Assembly (NCBI GenBank): GCA_050250895.1
Contig: JBFWNU010000014.1
Location: 1-59,879, forward strand
From: Vulcanimicrobiota bacterium
GTDB taxonomy: Bacteria > Vulcanimicrobiota > Xenobia > Xenobiales > JADMJV01
Direction of reading: 5' to 3'
DNA: 59,879 bases
Part shown: positions 27,288 through 36,505 of the stretch, piece by piece
Numbering within the stretch: the first letter of the stretch is position 1
How the letters are laid out: each line of letters opens with the position of its first letter
Made by a program: the position numbers and the translations under genes
The notes under the pieces: model-generated
What the model was told of the DNA's origin: nothing
Seen by the model: only the letters and a program-made list of their open reading frames with translations
Databases searched by the model: none

Positions 27288-30023
27288 ATGAGTGGCAAGT
27301 CTCTGTCGCCGACGGCGCGGGCGCTGATGCGCACAGCCGAGTTCTGCTACCGCCACCCGGTCATCATTCTGGTCACGACCTTCCTGCTCTTCCTCGCTTG
27401 CGTGGGCATTTCGGCCCGCTGGTTGGTGTTCGAGTCGGATCGCGGGGCGCTGGTCTCTGAGAACGACGAACTCCATGATGTTCAGCAACGCTTTCTCGAT
27501 GAATTTCCCGAGTCAGACGATGTGGTCATCATGGTCGAAGGGGGGCAGGCCAGAGAGCGTGAGCATTTCATCGATGCCCTGGCCGAGCGACTCGGGCGTG
27601 AGCCCGATCTCTACCGCCATGTGTTCGCCCACATCGACCTGCCGTTCTTGCGCGAACATGCGCTGTATTATCTCGACCTCGATGACCTTGACAGATTAGA
27701 AAAGTCGCTGCGTGAAGCCGAGCCTTTTCTCAGGGCCCTGTCAGGCGCGGACGACCTATCCGAGCTGCTCAACGGCTTTGGCAAGTCCTCGCAGAAGTCG
27801 GGTCTAGGGCCTTTGTTGCCGTTTCTCAACCAGGTGCTCGACCAGCTGCTGGTGAGCTTGCAGACCCGCGGTCGCTTCGAGTATCACTCTCCGTGGGGTG
27901 ACCTTTTCTTCGGTGATTCGAGCATGACCGAGGTGCCTTCCGAGCTGCGTCAGCCGGGCCACCACGTCTTCTATCACACGCTGGCCAACGGTTCCATTCA
28001 TCTGTTGATGCTCCGGCCGGACAAAGACAATCCTCAGGCCGTTCCCAAGCTTCGCAAGCTGCTGCTCGAGGTCCAGAAGGAGTATCCCAGGCTGCGCGTA
28101 GGGCTAACCGGCGAGTTGATTCTGGAATACGACGAAACCGTGTCCAGCGAGCAAGACTCGCAACGCTCGGCCATTCTCTCTCTGCTGTTGGTAGCGGCCC
28201 TTTTCTCCTTCGCTTTCCGCCAGTTGCTAAGACCTTTGATGGCCATCTACGCCCTGATCATCGGAGTGGGTTGGACGGTCGGTTTCACCACCCTGGCCAT
28301 CGGCCATCTGAACCTTCTCACCGTGACCTTTGCCACCATCTTGATCGGGCTGGGCATCGATTTCGGCATTCATTTTCTCTTTCGCTATGAAGAAGAGTTC
28401 CACCAGCACCCCGAGACACTCGAGGCCATGCGTAAGACCATGGCAGGGGTCGGAGTCGAGAACCTGATGGGAGCGCTGAGCACGGCCGTGGCGTTCTGGG
28501 CGGTGGGTTTCACCGGCTTCAAGGGGGTGGCCGAAATCGGGATCATCGCCGGCACGGGCGTGATGCTGTGTTATGTGTCCATGGCCACGGTATTGATCAC
28601 GCTGGTGTTTCTCCAGGACCGCCGTCGCCGCGCCCCCGAGACCAGCGGCGAACCCGGCATGTCGATTGCCATCGAACGCTGGGTGCTGCGGCGCAACCTG
28701 TGGGTGCTGGGATCGGCTTTGTTCGTGTCGTTGTGGTGCCTGGCCCAGTTGCCCTACATGCATTTTGACTATAACCTGTTGCGTCTCCAGGATCCCTCCC
28801 TCGAGTCGGTCCAGTCCGAGCTTCGACTGATTCGGGCTGGGGACCGCACCGTTCTTTTCGCCGTCTCGCTGGCCGATTCGGTCGAGGAGGCGCTGGAGCT
28901 GTCGCGTCGCTACGAGGCCTTGCCCGAGGTGAGTCAGGCCGAATCGTTGGGGCCGCTGATTCCCCGGGGCGCCGCCGAAAAGTCCAAGCGTATTCGCGAT
29001 ATTCAGGCCCTGCTGGCCCGCATCAAGGTGCCGGCTACGCCCGAGCCGGGACTCGAAGATGGGCAGGACCTTCAGAAGATGGCGGTGGGCTTTCTAGAAC
29101 TCGACAGGGCCTTCCGTCGTGCCTATCCTGAACTCGTCAACAGCGGTGACGCCGAGGTTCGGGCCAACGCCATCGAGTTCAAAGAGTTGTTGGACCGGCT
29201 CTTTAGCACCCTCGAGAATATGGGTCCCGGCCCCATCGAGGACGGGCTCGAGTCTTTCCAGCGCCATTTCTTTGGCGATTTGGCCGGCATGCTGACGTTT
29301 CTCAAGAATCAACGAGTCGGCCCTCCCCTTACCATCGACGAGTTGCCTGATAATCTCAAGATTCGTAGCGTGGGCACCACCGGCAAGCTGGTGGTCCGCA
29401 TCTACCCTTCCCACAATATCTGGGAGCGCGAGGCCATGGAGCGCTTCGTGACCAAAGTGCGCAAGATCGACCGCGAGGTGGTGGGGGCGCCGGTGATGAT
29501 GCTGCACCACACCTCCGCCCTCAAAGGCGCCTTCGAGACTTCGGGGGTGTATGCGCTGGCGGCGGTGTGCGTGATCCTGTTGCTTCACTTTCGCTCGCTC
29601 AAGACCGCCTTGCTCGCCCTGCTGCCACTCTTTCTGGGCATCCTGTGGATGCTGGGAGCCATGAAGTATTACGGCGTCTGGTTCAATCCCGCCAACTTCA
29701 TGGGCTTGCCCTTGATTCTGGGCATCGGCCTCGATTTTGGGATCCACGTGGTGCATCGGGTGCTCGAAGAGGGCAAGGCCGAAATGTTCACCCACTCGAC
29801 GGGACCGGCCACAACCCTTTCGGGGCTGACCACCGTGGCCGGGTTTGGCACGATGGCGCTGGCCCACCATCAGGGCATCGGTAGTCTGGGGTTTGTGCTC
29901 ACGGCCGGCGTCGTCTCGATCATGATAGCTGCCCTGGTGGTCTTGCCGGCGATCTTTCGCTTCTCGGAACGTTTCCGTAAGAAGGACGCGGTTCGAGCTG
30001 GTTATTTGAGCCCGGGCGAATAG
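27288..30023 (+). CDS. MMPL/RND lipid transporter (HpnN-like)
   Basis: Two RND halves with GLGIDFGIH and GIGLDFGIH; G-LNLL; FDYNLL-LQ. Confidence 0.88.
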   Translation: MSGKSLSPTARALMRTAEFCYRHPVIILVTTFLLFLACVGISARWLVFESDRGALVSENDELHDVQQRFLDEFPESDDVVIMVEGGQAREREHFIDALAERLGREPDLYRHVFAHIDLPFLREHALYYLDLDDLDRLEKSLREAEPFLRALSGADDLSELLNGFGKSSQKSGLGPLLPFLNQVLDQLLVSLQTRGRFEYHSPWGDLFFGDSSMTEVPSELRQPGHHVFYHTLANGSIHLLMLRPDKDNPQAVPKLRKLLLEVQKEYPRLRVGLTGELILEYDETVSSEQDSQRSAILSLLLVAALFSFAFRQLLRPLMAIYALIIGVGWTVGFTTLAIGHLNLLTVTFATILIGLGIDFGIHFLFRYEEEFHQHPETLEAMRKTMAGVGVENLMGALSTAVAFWAVGFTGFKGVAEIGIIAGTGVMLCYVSMATVLITLVFLQDRRRRAPETSGEPGMSIAIERWVLRRNLWVLGSALFVSLWCLAQLPYMHFDYNLLRLQDPSLESVQSELRLIRAGDRTVLFAVSLADSVEEALELSRRYEALPEVSQAESLGPLIPRGAAEKSKRIRDIQALLARIKVPATPEPGLEDGQDLQKMAVGFLELDRAFRRAYPELVNSGDAEVRANAIEFKELLDRLFSTLENMGPGPIEDGLESFQRHFFGDLAGMLTFLKNQRVGPPLTIDELPDNLKIRSVGTTGKLVVRIYPSHNIWEREAMERFVTKVRKIDREVVGAPVMMLHHTSALKGAFETSGVYALAAVCVILLLHFRSLKTALLALLPLFLGILWMLGAMKYYGVWFNPANFMGLPLILGIGLDFGIHVVHRVLEEGKAEMFTHSTGPATTLSGLTTVAGFGTMALAHHQGIGSLGFVLTAGVVSIMIAALVVLPAIFRFSERFRKKDAVRAGYLSPGE

Positions 30024-31258
30024 ACGAGGATCTCCTCTTGAACTTCATGGAGCACGGCTAGAATCGACGGCGAGAAGTGGGCTCCGGCTTGTTCTAGCAG
30101 ATGTTCGACGGCTTGCCCAGGCGGCACCGCAGGATCGTAGTCGCGATGGGTGACTAGGTGATCGTAATAGTCGGCCAGAGCCACCAATTGCGCGCCGATG
30201 GGAATCTGATCGCCGGCCAGGCCGTGGGGATACCCGGAGCCATCCCACTTCTCGTGGTGGTGCAAGATGATGGGACGAAAATCCCAGCGCACCGAGCAAG
30301 CCTCGTTGGACATGGCGGCGTGACCATCCTCGGGGTGGCTGCCGAGCAGTTCGGCCGTTTCTTCGGTGAGCTCGTCATCGGCCATGTCGAAGATGTCGTC
30401 AGGCAGGCTCACTTTGCCCACATCGTGGAGCAGCCCACCCAGGCGCACCGTTTTGACCTCGTCGTCGGTGAGACCGATGTGCAGCGCCATGAAGCGCGCC
30501 ACGTCGGCTACCCGCAGCGAGTGGTCGCGCAGTTCGGCCCCGTACGAATCGAGGATGCGCAGCACGAGTTGCAGGAAGTCGCGTTCTTTCTCGGTGTAGT
30601 TCTGCTCGTCGCTGATCGAAGCGCCGAACTGGTGTAAGAGCGCCGCCATCTCGCCCGCCTCGCGGCTGATAGCCAGGCACAGCGGAGTGTGGCCAAAGAA
30701 GTCGCCACGATTGACCTCGGCGCCATTGACCAGCAAAAACTGGGCCAGGCGCAGGTTGTTCTGGGAAACGGCCTGATGCAAGCAGGTGCGCCCGTCGAGA
30801 TCGGCCACTCCGGGGTCGCCTCCGGCCAGGGCCAGGGCCTCGACCATTTCCAGGCTGCCCGAAGCCACGGCCAACCAGAAGGGAGACTGGCCAAATCGGT
30901 TGCGATAGTTGACCCGCGCCCCGTTGTCGATGAGACGCCCAGCCTCGGCCAGGTCGCCCATCACCACGGCTCGATGCAGCCGGGTCGAGCCGGTGTCGTT
31001 GACGGCCAGGGCGGCCAGCCTCAGCACGATGATCATCTGCCGGTTGTGGCGGCGAAGCTGGTCGAGCAGGCCCTCCGAGAGCACGTTCTCGGGAGCCCGA
31101 TAGCGAAAGTTCTCGCCGTCGATGGTCAACATGACCCCGGCCGCTTCGAGCTCGTCAAGGGCGTCGAGAAACTTCTCTTCGGTCAGTAAACGCGCGACGT
31201 GCTGTTCTAGTTTGTTGGCGGCCCCCCCGCCGAACATGGTCTGAAAGCTTGGTTTCAC
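30002..31258 (-). CDS. TubC_N-like domain + ankyrin repeats + HD-GYP phosphodiesterase
   Basis: G-T-LH-A ankyrin repeats; HSLRV, LHDVGK, HHEKWDGSGYP. Confidence 0.85.
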   Translation of the reverse strand: MKPSFQTMFGGGAANKLEQHVARLLTEEKFLDALDELEAAGVMLTIDGENFRYRAPENVLSEGLLDQLRRHNRQMIIVLRLAALAVNDTGSTRLHRAVVMGDLAEAGRLIDNGARVNYRNRFGQSPFWLAVASGSLEMVEALALAGGDPGVADLDGRTCLHQAVSQNNLRLAQFLLVNGAEVNRGDFFGHTPLCLAISREAGEMAALLHQFGASISDEQNYTEKERDFLQLVLRILDSYGAELRDHSLRVADVARFMALHIGLTDDEVKTVRLGGLLHDVGKVSLPDDIFDMADDELTEETAELLGSHPEDGHAAMSNEACSVRWDFRPIILHHHEKWDGSGYPHGLAGDQIPIGAQLVALADYYDHLVTHRDYDPAVPPGQAVEHLLEQAGAHFSPSILAVLHEVQEEILVYSPGLK

Positions 31259-31286
31259 GACACGATCCTTTCGACTTCGAATGGCC

Positions 31287-33104
31287 TCAACCTGGTAGCG
31301 GTGCGCCGCAGCTCTTGCAGTTAGCCAGGCCGGCCTCGTTGGTGGTTCGGCAATAGGGGCAGGTCTTGGCGTTAGCCTCTTGCGGGGGCGCCGCCGCCCG
31401 GGCCCCGGCCCGGCGCAGGATGGCGGCCAGTTCGCCATGATCGAGATAGGTCCCCTTGCACTGCCGACAGATGTCGAGTTTGAGCGAGTCGAAATCTAGC
31501 AACTCGAGGCGTTGACGACAGCGCGGGCACAACCGTTGGTTCTCGGGGATGCCGCGGGTGAACTCCGAGGCTTTCTTGGTCTCGAGCAAGCGGGCCGGCA
31601 CCTCGGGCAACTCTGATAGGGCGTCGAGTTCGTGATCATCGAGCCACACCCCGCCGCAGCGCGTGCACTCATCGATCTCGATGCCCGACACGTCCAACAG
31701 TTGCATGGTCTGACCGCAGCCGGGACAGTTGGCTCCCTTGCCCTTCACCCGGACCAGGCCCAACCTGGTGGCCAGGTTGCGGGTGAAAGAGCCGCGCCGT
31801 CGACGGCGGGGGGCCTCGGGCGCCGTCAGGCTGGGGCGAGACTGGGTGTTGGACGGGTTGGGGCCGGTATCGACGCAGCAGAATCCGATATCGCCGACGC
31901 GCCCATTCTCGTCGGCGCAGCAACAACAACAATCGCAACAGTCACAGCAATCACAGCAGCCGCCACCTTCGCTGCCACAACCGTCGCAGCAGTTCCAGTG
32001 ACAGCAATCTCCCTGGCCGCCGTCGCAGCCGCAGCAGCTGATATTGCAGCAATCCGAGCCGCCGCCTCCCCCGCAACAGCTGAGATCGCAACAGTCGGAC
32101 CCACCACTTCCGCAGCAACTGGCGTCGCAACAGTCCGAGCCGCCGCCTCCGCAGCAGCAGTCGCCGTCACAGCCTGAACAGCAACAGCCGTCGTCACATT
32201 CGGCCCGCACGTAGCCGGCTCGGGCCAGGGCGGTGCGGCGCTCGCGCGCCAGGGCTGGAGCGGCCAGCAGCTCGAGGCGCGTGTGCTGGCGAACCCGTCC
32301 GCGCAGGCTTTTGAGCAGGCGGTCGATGAGCGGTTGGCGCGATCCGAGCTCAAGCGACTTGGCTGCCTTCTCTAGTTCGCTCAGATGATGAAGCAAAAGC
32401 ACGCGAACGGTGCGAAAGTCTCTCTCGAGCACGCTCGAGATGGCGTTGAAGTGGCCCTTCTTGTCGTCTTTATCCAGGTCTTCGAGGGCGTCCCAGAGAT
32501 AGACAAAGCCGCCCAGGTGGGAACCGAAGTCGGTCAGGCCCTGGCGGGCCTGGGGTTGGTCGAATAAGTCGGCGATAAAGGCAAAACTGGCTGCCGTCAG
32601 TTGACGAGTGGGCGCCGCCAGGCTGGCCAGGTCGACGGGAGAGGCTTCGACAGCGGCCTGGCGCCGAGTTAGCTGGGTCAGTTGCTCGAGGGGAAAGCCG
32701 ACTGCCACCAGTTGGGTATGAGCCTTCTTGAGAGCCGCTCCAAGCAAGGCCAATCCGGCCCGCGCTACCGCTTTCTCGCCGTCTTCGAGGTTGTCTTCGA
32801 GCTTGGCCCCCACCAGGGCCAGGTTGAGGGCCGCCATGGTCTCGCCCAGCCGGGACGAGACCGGAGCCACGTTGACCTTCTGGAAGGGCAAAGCCGTGCA
32901 GGGTCGACGTTCGAGGGCCGGTTCGGGCTGGTCGAAGGCGGCCGCCACCAGAAACCAGACGGTGATATCGTAGTTGGTCAACAGTGACGAACGCAATCCT
33001 CCGAAGGACCGCATGTTGTGACACACCGAGCAGAAGTGGGCGCGGTAGAGGCGACGATCTTCAGGCTCCAGCCCGCACGTATTCAGGCGCAGAAAACCGA
33101 ACAC
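31287..33104 (-). CDS. DUF5685-like protein with Cys-rich block, two zf-TFIIB-like domains and a C-terminal zinc ribbon
   Basis: MFG...YRAHFC-VC...TNYD...DA-EDL-x-D; CPGC...IDECTRCGGVWLD-x-EL twice; CPYC...CKSCG. Confidence 0.75.
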   Translation of the reverse strand: MFGFLRLNTCGLEPEDRRLYRAHFCSVCHNMRSFGGLRSSLLTNYDITVWFLVAAAFDQPEPALERRPCTALPFQKVNVAPVSSRLGETMAALNLALVGAKLEDNLEDGEKAVARAGLALLGAALKKAHTQLVAVGFPLEQLTQLTRRQAAVEASPVDLASLAAPTRQLTAASFAFIADLFDQPQARQGLTDFGSHLGGFVYLWDALEDLDKDDKKGHFNAISSVLERDFRTVRVLLLHHLSELEKAAKSLELGSRQPLIDRLLKSLRGRVRQHTRLELLAAPALARERRTALARAGYVRAECDDGCCCSGCDGDCCCGGGGSDCCDASCCGSGGSDCCDLSCCGGGGGSDCCNISCCGCDGGQGDCCHWNCCDGCGSEGGGCCDCCDCCDCCCCCADENGRVGDIGFCCVDTGPNPSNTQSRPSLTAPEAPRRRRRGSFTRNLATRLGLVRVKGKGANCPGCGQTMQLLDVSGIEIDECTRCGGVWLDDHELDALSELPEVPARLLETKKASEFTRGIPENQRLCPRCRQRLELLDFDSLKLDICRQCKGTYLDHGELAAILRRAGARAAAPPQEANAKTCPYCRTTNEAGLANCKSCGAPLPG

Positions 33105-33199
33105 TTTTCACCCTTCCACTTTGCAAATGCGAAACCCTATTGAGTCAACGGTCGCAGAGCGCGGCCGGGATGCACTCGGCCTGGCGGGTGCTCAGCCGC

Positions 33200-34156
33200 T
33201 CAGACCTTTAGCAGAATCTTGCCCACGTTGAGGTTGGAACTCATCCGTAGATGCGCTTGCTCGGCCTCTTGCAGCGGCATGACCGTGTCGATGACGGGCG
33301 AGACCTGGCCGCTCTCGATCAAGGGCCACACCTCGGCCGCCAGACGCTCGACGAGTTCAGTCTTCTCCTTCACCGAACGACTGCGTAGCACCGAGCCCTT
33401 CAAAGTGAGCCGCTTGGTCAGGATGGGCCCCAGCGGCAGGGTGCCCTCGCGGCCTCCCATCAGTCCGATGTTGACCAGGCGCCCGCCAGGACGCAAGGCG
33501 AAGATGTTGCTCTCGAGATAGCTCGCCCCCACCGGATCCAAAATCACATCGGCGCCCCCCCAGGCCCGCACGGCCGTACCCCAGGGACCCTCATGGCGAT
33601 TGGCCGTCTGCTGGGCTCCCAGGGCGCGACAACGGTTCTCTTTGTCGGCACTGCCTACAGTGACGAAGATAGGGTTGCCCCAGGCCGCACAGAGGCTGAT
33701 GGCGGCCGTGCCGACCCCGCTGGCCCCGGCGTGGACCAGCACCCGCTCGCCTTCTTTGAGTTGGCCTTCCAGCTTGAGATTGAGATAAGCGGTAGCAAAG
33801 ACTTCGGGCAAAGCGGCTGCCTCGGTCAGCGACAGCCTTTCGGGAACCGGCAACACGCAACCCACCGGGCAGACCACCTGGCTGGCGTAGCCGCCTCCGG
33901 CCAGCAGGGCGCAGACCTCGCGGCCGAGCCAGGCCGGGTCGACCTCGGCACCCACCTGTTCGACTCGTCCCGAGCACTCGAGCCCGAGGATCTCGGAGGC
34001 GCCCGGTGGGGGAGGGTAGTGGCCCTGGCGCTGGACCAGGTCAGCCCGGTTGACGCCGGCCGCGTGGGTGGCGATCAGCACCTCCCCGACACCAGGGGTG
34101 AGGTTGGGCTGGTGGCTCAGAATCAGCTTTCCGTCTTCTTCTACGATGGCTTGCAT
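33200..34156 (-). CDS. NAD(P)H-quinone oxidoreductase, PIG3 family
   Basis: GVNRAD-x-QR-G-YPPPPGAS-ILGLE, HAGASGVG, GS-LRSR. Confidence 0.92.
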   Translation of the reverse strand: MQAIVEEDGKLILSHQPNLTPGVGEVLIATHAAGVNRADLVQRQGHYPPPPGASEILGLECSGRVEQVGAEVDPAWLGREVCALLAGGGYASQVVCPVGCVLPVPERLSLTEAAALPEVFATAYLNLKLEGQLKEGERVLVHAGASGVGTAAISLCAAWGNPIFVTVGSADKENRCRALGAQQTANRHEGPWGTAVRAWGGADVILDPVGASYLESNIFALRPGGRLVNIGLMGGREGTLPLGPILTKRLTLKGSVLRSRSVKEKTELVERLAAEVWPLIESGQVSPVIDTVMPLQEAEQAHLRMSSNLNVGKILLKV

Positions 34157-34196
34157 GGGGGCCGCTTCCGGTCGCAAGCGGCTGCGACCTGCCCCC

Positions 34197-34222
34197 AAAA
34201 AAAAGACCCGCTCTCGCGGGTC
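34197..34222 (-). terminator. Intrinsic terminator
   Basis: 7-bp GC stem, 4-nt loop, U8. Confidence 0.85.
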
Positions 34223-34342
34223 CATCCGTCATGCAGTTCTTTGGGGCCGGTCTCCACGCCAATAGATCGGGCCCCGACGAGGCTCCGGAAGCACTGACAA
34301 GCAAAGAGGAGGGATGTGCTCTGGTCCGGGGCGTCTCGTCTT
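34197..34342 (-). ncRNA. Candidate structured small RNA, copy A
   Basis: TATACT at 34354-34349; GACCAGAGC; hairpin with UUGGCG loop; terminator GACCCGC-GAGA-GCGGGTC-T8. The 5' end is estimated. Confidence 0.5.
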
Positions 34343-34446
34343 GTAAAGAGTATAGCTACCCGAGCTTGGTAGGTTGATGGCTGAGGCGGCCGGATGTTGC
34401 CGGGTTGTTATCCGAGTGTATCGATCTTGCGGCCCGTTCAGAAGGC

Positions 34447-34472
34447 AAAAAAAAGACCCGCAAAAGCGGGTC
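34447..34472 (-). terminator. Intrinsic terminator
   Basis: Same 7-bp stem as 34197-34222, U8. Confidence 0.85.
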
Positions 34473-34585
34473 AAGAGTCCACATGGTCATCTAAGCTACA
34501 GAGCTGAAGTTCCACGCCAATGGTTCAGCATGGATAGATTACCCGCCGCGCTCTGGTCACAGGTTGGGCCGACGCGAGGGTTGTT
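34447..34585 (-). ncRNA. Candidate structured small RNA, copy B
   Basis: GACCAGAGC; hairpin with UUGGCG loop; terminator GACCCGC-TTTT-GCGGGTC-T8. The 5' end is estimated. Confidence 0.5.
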
Positions 34586-34652
34586 ACAAAAAGGTTGACT
34601 GGTGGTTTCCGCTTTTTGAATGAAAGCACCGTCGGGCCGCGAACCGGCCAGA

Positions 34653-35603
34653 ATGTCCCAGCGTAAAGCCGGTGAAGTGCTGCACAAACGCTATCGAGTC
34701 GAGCGTTGTCTTGGCAATGGTGCTATGGGGTCGGTCTATCTGGTCTTTGACCAGCAACTCGAGGCGCAATGGGCCCTCAAAGAACTCGACATCGGTATCG
34801 TGCTCGAGGCAGAGAAGGACTCGGCCCTGGAGCTGTTTCGGCGGGAGTCCGAACTGCAGGCCACCTTGAGCCATCCGGGCCTGCCCCGGGTGGTTGACTT
34901 CTTTCTCGACGAGAGTGGCAGCCGTTGTCTGGTCATGGAGTTCATTCCCGGGCGACCCCTCGACGAGGTGCTCGAGACCATCGGTAGACCGCTCCTGTTA
35001 CAAGAGGCGATCCCGATTCTGCTGCAGGTGACCCACGTCTTGGAATATCTTCATCGCTGCGATCCGCCGGTGGTCTTTCGTGACCTCAAGCCGTCGAATC
35101 TGATGTTGACCCCTGAGGGCAAGGTGACCTTGATCGACTTTGGCATCGCTCGTCACTATGACAAAGATCGCAAGAAGGATACGCAAGAGTTGGGGACCCC
35201 GGGCTTTTGCGCGCCCGAGCAATATGGGCATGGCCAGAGCACGCCCCGTTCGGATATTTATGCTGTGGGCACGACCTTGTTTCATCTGGTCACCCGTGAC
35301 GACCCTCAGTCGTTCCATTTCAAGTTCCCCAAGCTTTCCAGCAGGATGTCGGTGCCGGCGGGGCTCGACGAGTGTCTCGAAAGCGTGCTCAAGCTAAACC
35401 CCGGCGAGCGTCCCGAATCGGTGGTCAAGGTTCGCCAACAGCTTGAAGCTGTGCTGGTGGCCCTCGACCCTCTGGCTCCGGTGGCCACCCGCACGCTCTT
35501 TCCCGGACTCTTGCAGCTTTTGCGGCACGCCAATCTGGTGCGCAGCGAGCAGGACAAATCACCATGGCAGTTCTGGAAGAACTGGTTGAGCGAGGTATTC
35601 TGA
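34653..35603 (+). CDS. Hanks-type Ser/Thr protein kinase
   Basis: LGNGAMG-VY, ALKE, FRDLKPSN, DFG, APEQ. Confidence 0.92.
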   Translation: MSQRKAGEVLHKRYRVERCLGNGAMGSVYLVFDQQLEAQWALKELDIGIVLEAEKDSALELFRRESELQATLSHPGLPRVVDFFLDESGSRCLVMEFIPGRPLDEVLETIGRPLLLQEAIPILLQVTHVLEYLHRCDPPVVFRDLKPSNLMLTPEGKVTLIDFGIARHYDKDRKKDTQELGTPGFCAPEQYGHGQSTPRSDIYAVGTTLFHLVTRDDPQSFHFKFPKLSSRMSVPAGLDECLESVLKLNPGERPESVVKVRQQLEAVLVALDPLAPVATRTLFPGLLQLLRHANLVRSEQDKSPWQFWKNWLSEVF

Positions 35604-36505
35604 TGGGCTATTTCGAGCAAGGCGAGTGGAGGACCGGCTGGTATCCGTCCGACAGTCAAGGACGCTTCCTGCGCCCTCCCACTACTTTTCGCCAGCAACT
35701 GAAGGCTGGCGCGGTAGAAAAGGGCCGCTACCACCTTTATGTCTCCTGGGCCTGCCCCTGGGCCCACCGCACCCTGATTGCCAGAGAGTTGCTGGGACTG
35801 CACGATTATTTCTCGGTGGGAGTAGTGGATTGGCTGCTCGATGATGACGGCTGGGCCTTTCGCCCCGAGCCCGAGCAACTCTATGGTTTTTCCTTTCTGC
35901 GTGAGGCCTATCTCAAGGCCCAGCCCGATTATACCGGCCGGGTCACCGTGCCGGTGCTGTGGGATAAACAGCAAGAGCGGATCGTCAATAATGAGTCTCG
36001 CCAGATCCTGCGAATGATGACCACCGCCTTCGAGCAGAACCCGCTCGAACTCGCGCCCGAAGAGCGGCGCGAAGAGATCGACCAGATCCTCGATGCCATC
36101 TACGACCCGATCAACAACGGCGTCTATCGAGCCGGATTCGCCACCTCTCAGCAGGCCTACGACGAGGCGATCGGCGAGTTATTCGAGGCGCTCGACGGCT
36201 GGGACGAGGTGCTGGCGCGCCAGCCCTATCTGCTGGGCCAGCAGCTCAGCGAGGCCGACCTCTGTATGTTCACGACCCTGATTCGCTTTGATCCCGTCTA
36301 TTTCGTGCATTTCAAGTGTAGCCGGCGGCGCATCGCCGATTATCCTCACCTCTCGAGCTATCTAAAACGTCTGTACGCTTTGGAAGCCTTCGCCCGGACC
36401 TGCAACTTCGACCACATTCGCCACCACTACTACGAAAGCCATCGCCGGGTCAATCCCCACGGCCTCGTGGCCGCGGTCACTCAGGGAACGATCGGCTTGA
36501 CCTAG
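35603..36505 (+). CDS. Glutathionyl-hydroquinone reductase (GST, YqjG/ECM4-like)
   Basis: RYHLYVS-ACPWAHR, TVPVLWD, NNES, NNGVYR-GFA. Confidence 0.92.
   Translation: MGYFEQGEWRTGWYPSDSQGRFLRPPTTFRQQLKAGAVEKGRYHLYVSWACPWAHRTLIARELLGLHDYFSVGVVDWLLDDDGWAFRPEPEQLYGFSFLREAYLKAQPDYTGRVTVPVLWDKQQERIVNNESRQILRMMTTAFEQNPLELAPEERREEIDQILDAIYDPINNGVYRAGFATSQQAYDEAIGELFEALDGWDEVLARQPYLLGQQLSEADLCMFTTLIRFDPVYFVHFKCSRRRIADYPHLSSYLKRLYALEAFARTCNFDHIRHHYYESHRRVNPHGLVAAVTQGTIGLT

Noticed and set aside
34197-34600. T-box or known riboswitch
   Set aside because: No GGTGGNACC T-box sequence and no aptamer consensus that I recognise.
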